A DNA stretch of 64,000 nt, taken from Dipteris shenzhenensis (taxonomy: Eukaryota). The notes below the pieces were generated by a model that was not told the DNA's origin, made no database searches, and saw only the letters and a list, made by a program, of their open reading frames with translations. The stretch is taken from NCBI GenBank assembly GCA_047967505.1, contig CM106538.1; one strand, given 5' to 3'. Each line of letters opens with the position of its first letter. The stretch's first letter is position 1. A program made the position numbers and the translations under genes. This document shows positions 34,165 through 46,981 of this stretch, piece after piece.

Positions 34165-36010
34165 CAAATGCAGCTCCCTCCCCTCCATCAGCGAATTCCC
34201 CTGCAGCCCCCTTCCATCAACGGTAGCAGCCCCCTCCCCTCCATCAGCTGCAGCCCCCTCCCCTCCATCAGCTGCAGCCCCCTTCCATCAACGATAGCAG
34301 CCCCCTCTCCCTTCATCAGCGAATCCTGCAGCCCCCTTCCATCAACGATAGCAGCCCCCCCTCCCCTCCATCAGCGAATTCTCTTGCAGCCCCCCTCCAT
34401 CAACGATAGCAGCCCTCCCTCCATCAACGAATTTTCCTGCAGCAGCTCCCTCCATCAACAAAATCTCTGCAGCGCAATCTCCTTGCAGCCCATCTCGCAC
34501 CCTCTTCTTGGATCGCATCACTCCCAGTAGCACATTTCTTTGATCGCATCTCTCCCGGCAGCCCTTCTTCCAGTTGCGCCTCACTTTCTCTGGCAGCGTG
34601 CAGCAAATCGCCTCTTCCTCGTGGGCAGCCTGGGAGGGTCCTTGGAGCGCTTCTCCCTCTTGGACAGCCTGCTGCAAATTGCCACCTTGCTGTCCTCTCG
34701 AACTCAGCTCCTTCTTCTGATCTGCCCTTCTCTGCTCTACTCCGTGCTTCTCCATCAGCTCCCCTTCTCATCGCCATCAGCTCCCCCTCTTGTTATCACC
34801 CGCCCCACTCTCTCGTTATCTCTCAGCAGGCCTTGCCAACAGCTCACCTACCTCGTCATCAGCTCACCTTCCTACATCATCTCACCTTCTACTTCGTCAT
34901 CAGCTCCCCCTTCCTTTCCTGCTTCCTTTCTAGCCTCGTCATCAGCTCACCTCCTGCTTCGACATCAGCTCCCCTTCCTTTCCTGCTTCCCTTCTTGCCT
35001 CGTCATCAGTGCCCCTTCCTTTCCTTTTCTTCTTGCCTCGTCATCAGCTCCCCTTCCCTTCCTGCTTCCTTTCTTGCCTTGTCATCACTCACATTCCTGC
35101 TTCATCATCAGCTCCCCTTCCCTTCCTGCTTCCTTTCTTGCCTTGTCATCACTCACCTTCCTGCTTCGTCATCAGCTCCCCTTCCTGCTTCGTCATCAGC
35201 TTCTACTTCACCTCTTGTTTCTTCTTCATGCTCGAGAAGAAGCCCAAGTATAAGCCACGGTTGCCTAGAGATAAGCTCTTCACCCCTTTCTATACCGCCA
35301 TGACGTCTCAGGCAGCCTCTGCAGTGCACATGACCTCACCCATGCCTACAGCCTCTACAGCAGGGCCGACTACATCAGCTAGGCAGACTTCATCAGCAGA
35401 GCTAACTTCATCAGCAAGGCCAACTTCATCGGTAGGGCCGACTTCATTAGCAGGGCCGACTTCATCAGTGATGCATCCCCATCTTGGTCCGGACATCACT
35501 ATCATCTCGGATGGAGAGCCACCGCAATCAAGACAGCAGCGGGGGGTTCTTTTCCACTCTCAAAGCTCCAATGCCTCTTCTTCCGACCATGGGGGCTCAG
35601 ATTACACCCCCTCTACACGGAGACCACATTCAGAAGGGTCGGGTTGGAGGCAGCATGCGGGGGAGGAGGCAGCGCGCAAGGGAAGGCTGCAGCAGCATGG
35701 GGGGGGCTACAGCAGCGAGGGAGGGGAGCTGGGGGGGGAGGCGGGGGGTAGGGGGGAGGGGAGGGAGGAGAAGCAAGGAGGGGAGGGAGGAGGCGAGGGA
35801 GCAGCAGGTAGGAGGGAGGGAAGGGGAGAGGCTACGCGTGGGGGGGAGGAGGCAGCGCGCAGGGGGGGCTGCAGCAGTGAGGGAGGGGAGTCGGGGGAGG
35901 AGGCGGGGGGAGTAGCAGGTAGGAGGGAGGGGAGGGAAGAGGCTGCACACAGGGGGGGAGGAGGCAGCGCGCAAGGGGGGCTGCAGCAGCGCGGGGGGGC
36001 TGTAACAGCG
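34165..36010. repeat. Series of distinct low-complexity tandem repeats (CAGCCCCCTCCCTCCATCA; CTCGTCATCAGCTCCCCTTCC; 18-bp GGGCCGACTTCATCAGCA; G-rich GGAGGCAGCGCGCA units)
   Basis: Direct inspection. Confidence 0.75.
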
Positions 36011-36213
36011 AGGCAATGGACACGTGGTAGACTACGTAATCCACTCACCTAACTCACCTAACCTAGGACACTAACTTGACCTAGACTACTAACTTGAGGC
36101 TTGTCCCAACATTTTTATGCTCACATGACCACTTTTCACCACATAGGTAACATAGACTCTCCTTATTTCTGTCCTCAATGATGGCCTTAAAGAATTTTTT
36201 TGTAGGCCATTCT

Positions 36214-36479
36214 ATGGGCTATCCATAAGTGCCACTTGTTCCTTGGTATGTGCCTTGTAGGACTAGTTACAGTTAGTTAGGACTATTGGTACAATTAGTT
36301 CATGTACCATCTAGTTCCGTTAGGACACTTAGTCTAGTTAGGGCATTTAGCCCTAGGGTTTTGTCATATTGGCTCCCTCTTGAGCCTCCATTCATTGTAG
36401 CAGCATTTTCAATACAGCAGCTCGTTTTTTGCTTTCTCCCACTCATTTCTGAGCTTCCATTGCCTGCCATAGCCAACAA
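36214..36479. repeat. Dispersed repeat; inverted homolog of 10456-10683
   Basis: Reverse-complement alignment by eye. Confidence 0.7.
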
Positions 36480-36631
36480 TGGTATGAGAGCAGGTTAGGG
36501 TCTATCTTCTAGCCATTTCCAGCTTCCCCAAGCTGTTGGTGATTTGTTCCAGCCTCATTACGGCTCATTCCAATACTGGTCGGCACATTTCCCAAGACAA
36601 TGGTCCTTGCTGCAGCTACCCGGGCAGTTTT

Positions 36632-37891
36632 TGTTAGAATATGAAGTCAAAGTGAGTGTATTTGTCTATCCTAGGTCCTTAGGGCTTATTTTATAGTCTA
36701 GTGAGTCCTAGACAGTGCCACGTGTCATATGGGAGATTATCCCATATGCATTGTGACTTTCTAGAGTCTAGAGGCTCACACTATATAGTCTTGTACTAGT
36801 CTTGAGTCTTTTCACAACATCAAGCTTTCTATCATGTGATTACTTTGGTTATCATTGCTTTGCACTTGTATCTTCATTTTAGTCTTTCCATTTCTGTTCA
36901 TTCCGTGCCATGTACCTTCATGTGGTATCAGAGCCATGTTCCTAGTCCTACTCTCTCTTTCCCTTTCCCTTCCAAGAGGTTGAGGTGAGGGAGGCCAATG
37001 AAGCTACTCTCCCTTCTCCTCCTTGGAAGGCTTTCCTCTTCTCTCCTTTCTTGAGCTCTCTTCTCCTCCTACCCAAGCCTCATCAATGGGAGCTGACTTG
37101 GAGTTGATTTACCTCGCCAGCAACTACCCCTTCTTCAGAGGGACACTTCTTTTGCATCGCCATCAACTGCCTTAGTAGCCTTGCCTCCAACTGCTCCAGC
37201 TGCTGCAAACAAGCCGTGCGGACTGTACGGACTGATCCGCACTGCATCAAGGCCGTACAGCCTGCCATACAGTTCATACTATACGGACTGTTCCATACAG
37301 TACGGACAGTTTCAGCCTGCCCGTACAGATGTGACATGCCCGCCTTTCCTACCAAGTCCTGTTATAAAGCCAGGGGGGGATGTATTGTGGGAGTCTTTCT
37401 ATTAGCTTTGATGGGTCTCTCTATCAGGCCTGGCCGAGTTCCAGGATGTCGGTGCATTTCCTAGACCAATGTGTTTTAGGTAGCCATGCTTCATTTGAGC
37501 CTCTGAGCTACTTGGGGTGCACAGAGCAGTAGACTCCATCATTGTCATGTTCTGTCTTGGCTTCATTTCAGTAGTCCCTCACTGTTCCTTCATGGGGGGA
37601 TGTTGGAATATGAAATCAAAGTGAGTGTATTTGTGTATCCTAGGTCCCTAGGACTTATTTTAGAGTCTAGTGAGTCCTAGATAGTGCCATGTGTCATATG
37701 GGAGATTATCCCATATGCATTGTGACTTTCTAGAGTCTAGAGGCTCACACTATATAGTCTTGTACTAGTCTTGAGTCTTTTTACATCAATCAACATCAAG
37801 CTTTCTATCATGTGAGTACTTTGGTTTGATTTGCACTTGTATCTTCATTTTAGTCTTTTCATTTCCGTTCATTTTGTGCTATGTACCTTCA
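36632..37891 (+). mobile_element. TRIM-like non-autonomous LTR retrotransposon (LTRs 36632-36920 and 37601-37891)
   Basis: Both LTRs run TGTT...CCTTCA. PBS TGGTATCAGAGCC at 36923-36935; PPT GGGGGGA before 37601; TSD GTTTT/GTTTC; ~680-bp interior without recognisable gag/pol. Confidence 0.88.
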
Positions 37892-38043
37892 GTTTCCAGC
37901 CCTTTCATCGCAAGAAAACACTTTCTTGGAGTTGCTGTTGCATTTTTTGGCTCATTTGCTGCTCTATTGGCCTCATTGAAGACTGTACGGACTGCAGGTG
38001 GTATCACACGTGTGAGACGTACAAGCTCATTAATTGTTGTACA

Positions 38044-38715
38044 GTTTTCATATTTCTACAGAGGTGCAGAAAAACTTTTGGAGGAGGCTTTGGAAATCCC
38101 TCAGAAATAGAAAGATCACTCTCTTCTTTGGCTTTCTATTCATTGAGGGATTACAATGAGCCTGTGGAGTTTCAGGTTTGGGGCTAATCCTACTTGTCCT
38201 CGATGCCACGCAGCAGTTGAGTCAATTCAACATTGCCTTTGGGAGTGCAGATAGGCGATATCAGGAAGGGTGTTGCCAGGATTCTTTGCATATTTCATAA
38301 AACACCCTTCTTTATGACCTGGGGTTGAGTGGCATGGTTATCTCTTACTGGCCCTCATGTGTTTTTCGAGGGACATGACTCAGACTCATCCTTCATTATA
38401 TGATGACACTCTGTGGAGTCATGCTCTCTCTAGGATGTTCCTTTCACTCCTTTCAGAGCTGCTCATGCCTCGATAGATATAGCTTGGAAGATTCTGGCTA
38501 GCATTGCAGCTTGGTATATGTGGAGGGCCAGATGTACGGAGGCGATGAAGGGTTCACAAATTCACCCTTCCCAATCTATGGCCAGTATATGGACTGATAC
38601 TAAACACGCGTTCATGGCGATCTGGGCAAGCATGCAGGGATCCTCCAGAGAACTACAACCAGGAGAGAGATTTTTTTCCAGAGTTTAAAGAGGATCTCCG
38701 TTCTTCTCTGAGTCT
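38044..38715 (+). pseudogene. 3' fragment of old-subfamily LINE ORF2 (zf-RVT region)
   Basis: Collinear with ~9640-10170 and ~26070-26745 (CPRCHAAVESIQHCLWEC). Confidence 0.85.
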
Positions 38716-38734
38716 GGGCTATTATCCCTAGCCC

Positions 38735-39650
38735 TTTTAGTGTAGAAACAGTAACAATCTCACTTCTTCTGAAACCCTGGGACCGAATGAAAGCATAACA
38801 CTTCTGATACCATTCTCTAGGCACTTGCTTAAGGCCATAGAGACTCTTTTTCAGCTTGCAAACCAAATGCTCTTTGCCCTTTTCTTCTTCAAATCCTTCC
38901 GACTGTACCATGTAAATTTTCTCATGCAAATCCCCATGCAAGAAAGTTGTTTTGACATCCATCTACATAAGCTCCATATCCTCTGCTCCCACAAGTCCAA
39001 GTACACATCTAAGTGTGGTCATCTTCACAACCGGAGAGAAGATCTCATCAAAGTCCACACCCTTCTCTTGCTTGAACCCTTAAGCAACCAAACGAGCCTT
39101 GTACTTAGGCAGATCATCACTTGTGACCTTCATCTTGTAGATCCATTTACATGGCAATGCTTTCTTTCCATGTGGCAAAGAAACCAAGTCCCAAGTCTTA
39201 TTCTTTATGAGTGAACTCATCTCTAATTGCATAGCATACTCCCACTTGCGCTGATCCTTGTGCATCATAGCCTCTCTGTAGCAAGAAGGCTCCCCACTCA
39301 GTAAGCATCACATAGTGTACCCTTGGAACAATCTCAAGCAGTCTTGACACTCTAGATGTTCTTCTCAAGGGCATTTCAGCTTGTTGTCTCGCCTGCATTA
39401 TTAGTCACATTTGGCTCATCATTGCCACTAATAGATGATCCATCATCTACCCTTGATTGTGTACCTGTGGGAGTACTTGGTGGCACCATTTCTTGCACAT
39501 TTGGTGCATGGACAGCTTGCTGTCTATCAACATATGCGGGTGGATTTAGATCTTGGAAAGTGATTCTCCTCATTTCCACATCCCTCATGGGTGTCTTATG
39601 CATCTTCTTCTCATTGAAGACCACATCATTGCTTCGTATGATTTTCTTTG
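38735..39650 (-). pseudogene. Degenerate Ty1/copia fragment (integrase-RT linker and RT) of a different family
   Basis: KNKTWDLV, KYKARLVA, MDVKTTFLHGDL, LKKSLYGLKQ. Confidence 0.88.
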
Positions 39651-40386
39651 CTTATGGATCAAGGGAAGAAAGGGGAGAACATAAGATTCACTGTTTGGAC
39701 CATTGTTTATGTCATTCTTATAACACTATGTAGGATAACTGTTTGTGATTTAGAAACACTTTCTAAATCACTGTTTGGAAAACACAGTCTGAATGGAATG
39801 ATGCCGATTACCAGGGATAGAAATTTCACTATCCACGTGGCAGATGCATAGTTTGCACAATTGTACAATTGGCTGAATTAGGGATCGACTCTCAATGAAC
39901 GATCAAAATTAGGTATAAATAAGATAGAATAAAGAAGGAATTGCAATTGAGGATGGGAAGCCCCAAATTTTGAGGTCTGAATGTAGACAGTGACAGATGA
40001 TAGCAAAATGTGCCTCATGTGAAGTGATTTTGATGCAGAAAAAGGGAAAAATGAGCTATGATAGTTCCCAAACCTAGCTGGGGTGAATCCAAAATTGCAA
40101 TCAAATCATTATTTGGTGAAATAAACCTCCAGGTTGCTTGCAAAAAAAAAGAAATGCATTTGTCACTCACTGCTGATATGTGGACAATTCTGGCCCACAT
40201 ATGGAAAATTTGCAGTAGAAGCTTGTACGATAAGGAGATTAGACTGGTCACAATGAGTAATTAAGGGGATAACATGTGTCATTTGGTGATTGAAACACCT
40301 GACAATGAGGCCCAAGGCTCAAGAGTCCATGCTCCAAGTTTTAGAATGAAATGACAAGAATTTATCCACCAAGTCCCATGAAAAGA

Positions 40387-40810
40387 GCTCTGATACCAAC
40401 GTAGCTAAGCCAGCTGACAGCCTGCTAACTAAGCCCTAATTCCACAGCCGACTAGCCTAGACTAGCAAAATAGAAGTAGAGGGATAGAACAACAAGTAAT
40501 CATAAGAATCCATGTTTATAATCATCAAAAAGTACCTGGATACTGTGAAGAGATCCATGGCCTATGAGGGGATGCACAAGCAAGAGTCTAGGATGTAGAT
40601 CCTAGTCTCGGAGAAGACAACTTTGAGCAAAACAGGGCTCAGCTGTAATTGGATGTTCATTAGAGTGCATTCAAAGCTATTAGTACAATGTAGACCAAGG
40701 CCCCCTTTTATAGGAATAGACTTGGGTACAAATTACCACCACTATTCTTATGGGATGGTTGCCCTAGGATGCCACGTGGCAACATTAGGTCATCGTACTA
40801 AAAGTACTAC
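40387..40810 (-). mobile_element. tRNA-iMet PBS and probable LTR remnant on the minus strand (right boundary uncertain)
   Basis: GCTCTGATACCA at 40387-40398; a minus-strand TATAAAAGGGGG box near 40700-40712. Confidence 0.5.
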
Positions 40811-41084
40811 TATTACAAAACCATTTAAAGCCCAATGGGCATGAAACTATGCACACACATTAAACCAATATATGTTGAGATGTGTGCAAAGTATCATGCC
40901 CATCAGATATGATTTGGATGGTCAAAGTGGCCACAAACCTCGTTCTTCACCAAGTGTTATGCACAACTAGCAGAAAATAGTATCTTAGGTGTGTTATTTG
41001 AACGTGCACATACCCGATGGAATGATACTAATCACGTAAGTGAATCCCAGATATTTTAATGTGCGATCAAAGTATCGTGCCCAT

Positions 41085-41086
<2 letters not shown>

Positions 41087-41133
<47 letters not shown>
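41087..41133. repeat. (GA)n microsatellite
   Basis: Direct. Confidence 0.95.
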
Positions 41134-41136
<3 letters not shown>

Positions 41137-42734
41137 CCATGAGAAAGCAAAGGTATAGATCTAACTCACACAACAATCATAACGTAAGCACTCGACCTGT
41201 TCTACTACCACAACAATGTGTACATACAAAAACCAACGCAAAAGGTATTAAGTAATTCACATGCCAATTGTAATGCATTACATTAACTCTCGACAATCAT
41301 TACAAAAATAAAAGCAAAAGAATTATGTAATCAACACAACAATCATTGCTATGATACGATGAAAGAGAAAATCAAATTGTACGTACAAATACATAGAACA
41401 TGCACAACACAATTTCTTTAGAAAAAATTAAAATTTGCACACACATGCTAACATAATTTCCAAATAGATAATTATAGCGTGGACCCTACAAGCAATAGCA
41501 TGGCTCTTACAAGTGATCGAGGTGCATGTAGAATGTAGGTGAGCTGTAATTGTTCCAAGAACCCTATCGAAGGAGGATAGGCTATAAAAGATGAAACAAG
41601 AAAACATATAACAACAATCACGATTCAACGAACCAAGATGATCTAGATCAGCGATTGTGTGATCACACATCTTGAGCTGGTTGAGAAGGTCTTCATCGAG
41701 ATATACCCAACCGTCCAAAGTGAGCTATCATCTGGACAATAACCGGCTCTATTGACATCTATATACAATATATATGACTATATGATACTAGACCAAAGCG
41801 AGGTGAATCTAGCCTACCAAAGTGAGCCATCATCCGGCTTTGATCATGATACTACCTAATAGAATGTCACTCAAGGTGAGATGAATCCAATCGGCCGAAG
41901 TGAGTCATCATCTGGCCCCAAGTGATAGACATCATACATGCACACACACATAAGCAAGCAAACATAAACATCACACATTTTCCTGTCTTGCTTGCCCTCT
42001 CTCTCTTTCCGTCTCTTAGCTGGGGTGAGGTGAATCTAGCCTACCGAAGTGAGCCATCACCCAGTCCTGACTATAAAAAAAACAAGGCTAGAAGCTCACT
42101 AGAATGGGACGATGGGAAACTGCTGAAAACTATGGGAAATTGTGAGATACAGCGGGAAATTGTGGGAAAAGTGATAAAAAATGACAGGATCCCCAACTTT
42201 TATAGACCTCGACTGAACACACCACATTGACTGGTGTATTCAGCCAATGCATGCTCGCCACATGCCTTGACTAAATACACCAGCTAGTGTAATTAGCCAA
42301 TGCATGAGCACCATGTGTCTCGATTGCATACACTGATCAGTGTAATGGTACACCAATCGGTGTATTCTAGCGCACCACGTGCGTGAACTGAAGATCTATG
42401 ATACCTCGCGGTATTGGTCTTGTACCGCACGGTATATTCCTATGATACCGCATGGCAAACATCTTCACTATTTTTTGTATTTTGAACGTCCAAATGTGTT
42501 TTAAAATTAAAAAAAACATTCTTATCTTTAAAAAAATTCCATATATATTGATTGAAGGCAAATCATGATTATTAAGAGATGATTCCTTTGAAATATGAAG
42601 AGCTTCAAGGCGTATCAGTGACATTTTGATAAAGAAAATTTTGATGTGGGCCATGCGTGCTTTCTAGGATACGGAGAGTGCTCGGGTACGTGCTTGTAGG
42701 TTTGACACAGAAAACTTTGTGGTGTGATCTATGC

Positions 42735-42905
42735 ATGCCTAATGACCTTTTTATGCATGTAGGCCTTCAAAAAAGTGGGTACTTTGCTAGCCCTATTTTG
42801 GGTGATTGTTTGGAGGCCTATATGCCTAATGACCTTTTCATGAATGTAGGCCTTGAAACAACTGGGTACTTTGTTAGCCCTACTTGTGGTGATTGTTTGG
42901 AGGCA
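42735..42905. repeat. 87-bp two-copy tandem duplication
   Basis: ATGCCTAATGACC at 42735 and 42822; both copies end GGTGATTGTTTGGAGGC. Confidence 0.85.
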
Positions 42906-43259
42906 CAACTCTCCAAACATATGAAGAAATCCATTTATGAAGTTCATACTCAATACCTTCCATGTGACCAACCTACGTGTCAAGGGATCATTGGTCCTAA
43001 ACCACCTTCTTTAAAGGAAACTTATTAGAGGAGAGAAAATGGAGAGCATCCTCAAAGAGGCTATCAATCTTTCATGAGCTTCCTTATTGGTCTTACTCAT
43101 CTCTTGGATCCACATTTGGTTGGTGAGAAGGCTTAAGAGAAATGGATAGGACATCTGAGTTGTGGCCCCGAACCCATGGTGGTAGAGTTATTCTCCCAAA
43201 AGCAACATGGATGTTTTCCAAAGAGAGAGGTAGAACCAATCAAGAAGGACATTGCCTCT

Positions 43260-46200
43260 TGTTATGGGCTAAACTTTCCTAGAATAGAAATATGCATAAG
43301 CAATGCAAAGACAACAAGAAATTGAAGAAACAGAAGCTAGTCGGACAGAAGTCAGATTATATTATGAGCTCAAAATGTATCCTTCAAGGCAAAAGTAGAT
43401 ACAACAAAGAAAGATAGATGCAAAGCCTTTCCTCTTCCAACAACACACAGCTAGGAGCATGGAGTATTGTGCATGGGTAGCATTCGATCAACATCCAGCT
43501 TGCCAAAAGTGGAATACATGGTTTGAAAATCCTAGTCAGGCAACAATTTGACTGCCATACATCAAGATACCATTATCCAAAAGGAGTTATCCCCTCATGG
43601 TCCTTGGTAACTACCACTCATTTATATGACTTGTGACCTTCTAACTTCCACATGACTTGTGACCTTCCAACTTCCACATGGGTCTACTTAGCCTAGGTAC
43701 CTAAATACCCCTCAACACTTGGCACTTCTGGTGGGCCACTCTTTTTGGAACAAAAAAGCATAGACGTGAACCCTTCTTAACCTCCATGGTGTAAGTTCTA
43801 CTGATTACAATTGTATGATTTCATGGCTACATACCAGGGTTGGTAACCCATGAAATATAATGTCATCCATGCTAGTTCATACAAATGAATAAGTAGAACC
43901 ATGCATGAATCAGCATGTTCACATTCCACTAGCACGGAATGGATACATCGCAAAAAAAAACAATATGTCAATGAAGCTCCAACATTCGTAACATAAGCCA
44001 GTGTAAAGTCATCAAAGACATCCTTCATTTGTGTTTGAAAAATCTGCATTTGACATTGATTAAACATCACAAATTATGAATTCTGAATCAACTTTAGTCC
44101 CTTGGCTAAATTTTGATTTCTGGCTAGAATCTGCCATAGCCGGACTATTAGAACTAGTTGGACTATCATCAGATTGCTTTGTCCATATTATGCCAACTAT
44201 CCGATAATCATTTGCTGGATAAAATATCACAACAAACACCTTCAATCAGAACTTTCTTTCATACTAAAAATCCATCTTCTGGATAGTTTTGAACCTTTGA
44301 AATGCATTCGGCTTCCATCATTGGACATCCTGAAACTTGCTCGGACTGCTTTCTATCAGATATATTGTCGAACTGTTTGTTGAATTTTTGTTTTCTTTTT
44401 ATCATGCTTGCAAGCTTTCAATTGTCGACCTTGATCGATCATTTGTGGTATGAAGTAGAGGTGATTAGGGGACTCGTTCAAGTTGTTTCGACTCCATTTT
44501 GGGCTCTTCTGGCTCCGGGTTAAGCTCCTCCCTTTCCCTTCATCTTTCATGCTTATCATTTCATGCACATCAGCATCATCTTGTTTGCAATTTGTTTCTG
44601 AATTTTCAATTTGTACTTTTTCACTCAAGTCCTGCCAAACAATTGGATCTTTGTTGCCAACAAGGGGACCTTAATATAAACTAAAATATGATTGCATAGC
44701 ATCATTATTTGAATCAAAATAATAATGCTCAAACTCAGTACAAGTATCAAAAAACATTTTGGACATATCGTCTTTCAATGTTTTGGGAGGCTTGTATTCT
44801 CAACCATGCTTGTATTCTCAATGTTGAGAATTGATTCTTGATTATCTAGAATAACTTCTTGATTGTGTAGGACTAATGTCAGACTATTTACATTGTGTAG
44901 GACTAATGTTAGACTATTTGCATTGATTATTTGAACAAATTGACTATCCAATATAGCATGCTCATCCTTGATGAACAATAGGAATTGCTTAATGATAGTA
45001 TCTTCCTCACATACATATTTGTCAACTTTAATATCAACATAAAAAACATTGTGAGCTAAAATAGCATCATCATCATTGGCATCAATATTTTGATTCATTT
45101 CAAGCTTTGGTTGTATTGGATCCATCGGTTCATCGCAAATAGGAAAAATATTGACATATGAGCTAACTGCATACTCCTCAAGGTCATCCTCATCAACATG
45201 CATGAAAGATGCAATAATTGCATAATCAATAGCCACAGATGGTGCATAGATATAAGAAACATCATTCACTCTATTACTTTGATATGCTTTAGAATGATTG
45301 ACTTGAATCAGATAAAAAATATTTCTTTATTGTAAGGGCTTCTATAGTCAAGCTCATTAAATATTGCATTTGGATGGATTCTCTCTTGCTTCCACATCAT
45401 ATTAATGGCAAAAGATGGTGCAAAGTCATAGCATGCACACTCAGCATATGACTCTTTTGAATTTTGATCATCTTTGAGCAAAAAGTAATCCTCTTTATCA
45501 TCATTTGTTGATCCAAGTTCTTCTTGCTCCATTTGTGGATGAAGAAACTTAGAACTGATTGGCATTGTATATACAATCATTGTGCAGGTGAGAATGAAGG
45601 AGATGGGAATGTATCTGCTTGTGTAGATAGATTGTGCATTTGTGGTGCAGGCGAGTGTGCGGGAGATGGAAATTGGTCTGTGCGTGCGGTAGGAGGCACA
45701 AATGGAGAAGCAAAAGATGTGGCGAAATGTGATCGTGCATGTGGTGGGAGATGTGGACCACGAGGAGAAACTTCTTATTGGTATGGAAGATCTTGGAAAA
45801 AAGGGATACGGGAAAAGACATGTTGTGGTCGATGGACTAGTGCATACGCATGGTGTGGCTATAGTTGTGCTTGTGCTACATTGGGTGGAATGCGGCATGT
45901 GATTGGGGACGTGGGTGCATTGGTGCTTGTGGTTGCGGTGGATGCAATGCGACATCTGACTGGGGGCATGAGTGCTATTAACTAGAAAATAATTCAATGC
46001 ATGAGGCTAGACACTAGGCATGGCCTCGGCATGGCGACGCTCGAGGGCCATGGAGGAAAAGGGAACGTGAGGGAAGAAGCATTAACATAGGTGGGGAAAA
46101 AAGATTATGAGGGGTGGGAATGAAGAGGGGGCCTATGGCACAAGGGGGAAGGAAGAGGGGGAAGAGGAGCATGTACATGATGGGAGGTGGAATGTAGAGA

Positions 46201-46981
46201 TGGAGACATCAAGGAAAGAGAGTCATGCTTTATTGGAAGGATGGGTGGAAATCAAAGTACTAGCTAGGTGGCTTTACAAGAATGAGCATGCTCCATCAAG
46301 GAATAGCCCCCTCCTTTTATAGCCAAGAGAGGGGGTCTCTCCCAATAGATGCATCCTCCCACATGCATGGTGTGTGTGGAAGAGTGTCCCATGTGGGCTA
46401 GGCAGTTACGCACTCTCAATTGTGTGCGACAATCCTTTGCCTCATTTTCCCACATACATCAACCCCCATATCCCAAGTCTAAGATACTCCCTTGGCCTCT
46501 TCCCAATTTTATAATACGTTCAAACATCTAGGAGGACAAGTGGAGGGTTGGCACAAGGAATCTTGCCACCTCATCCTACTTTCCCATTATTTAACTTGCA
46601 TTCTTGGACTTTCTACACCCCCCCACATGGGCCTATCCTACATGGAGGGAATAATCCAATATAATATCCATCTCCACCTATTTTATATTACTTCTCCCAT
46701 GGTCCTTGGGCCATATCTCACTAAATGCAGGCGTGGGGACTACCTAGGTGGAGGGGTGGTGTATGGAGGACCCATGCCACCTTATCATTTTATATTATTA
46801 CTACCATGGATTATGTACAACACACCTCATGGGTCCTCTTACATGGAAGGGTGGCACATGGTCATGCCCTGCCACCTCATCCTTGGGCCTTATGCACACC
46901 ATATTTTATTATACTATTGCCACACATACAAGCACACACACATATTTATGCCTTTTACTTTCGTCAAATTTATCCATAACA
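43260..46981 (-). mobile_element. Putative ~3.7-kb 3' LTR of the minus-strand gypsy element
   Basis: Minus-strand PPT AGGGGGGAAC at 46982-46991 is directly followed by TGTTATGG. An 8-bp terminal inverted repeat TGTTATGG (43260) / CCATAACA (46974-46981) bounds it. TATA box GGCTATAAAAGGAGG on the minus strand near 46310-46324. Confidence 0.6.
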
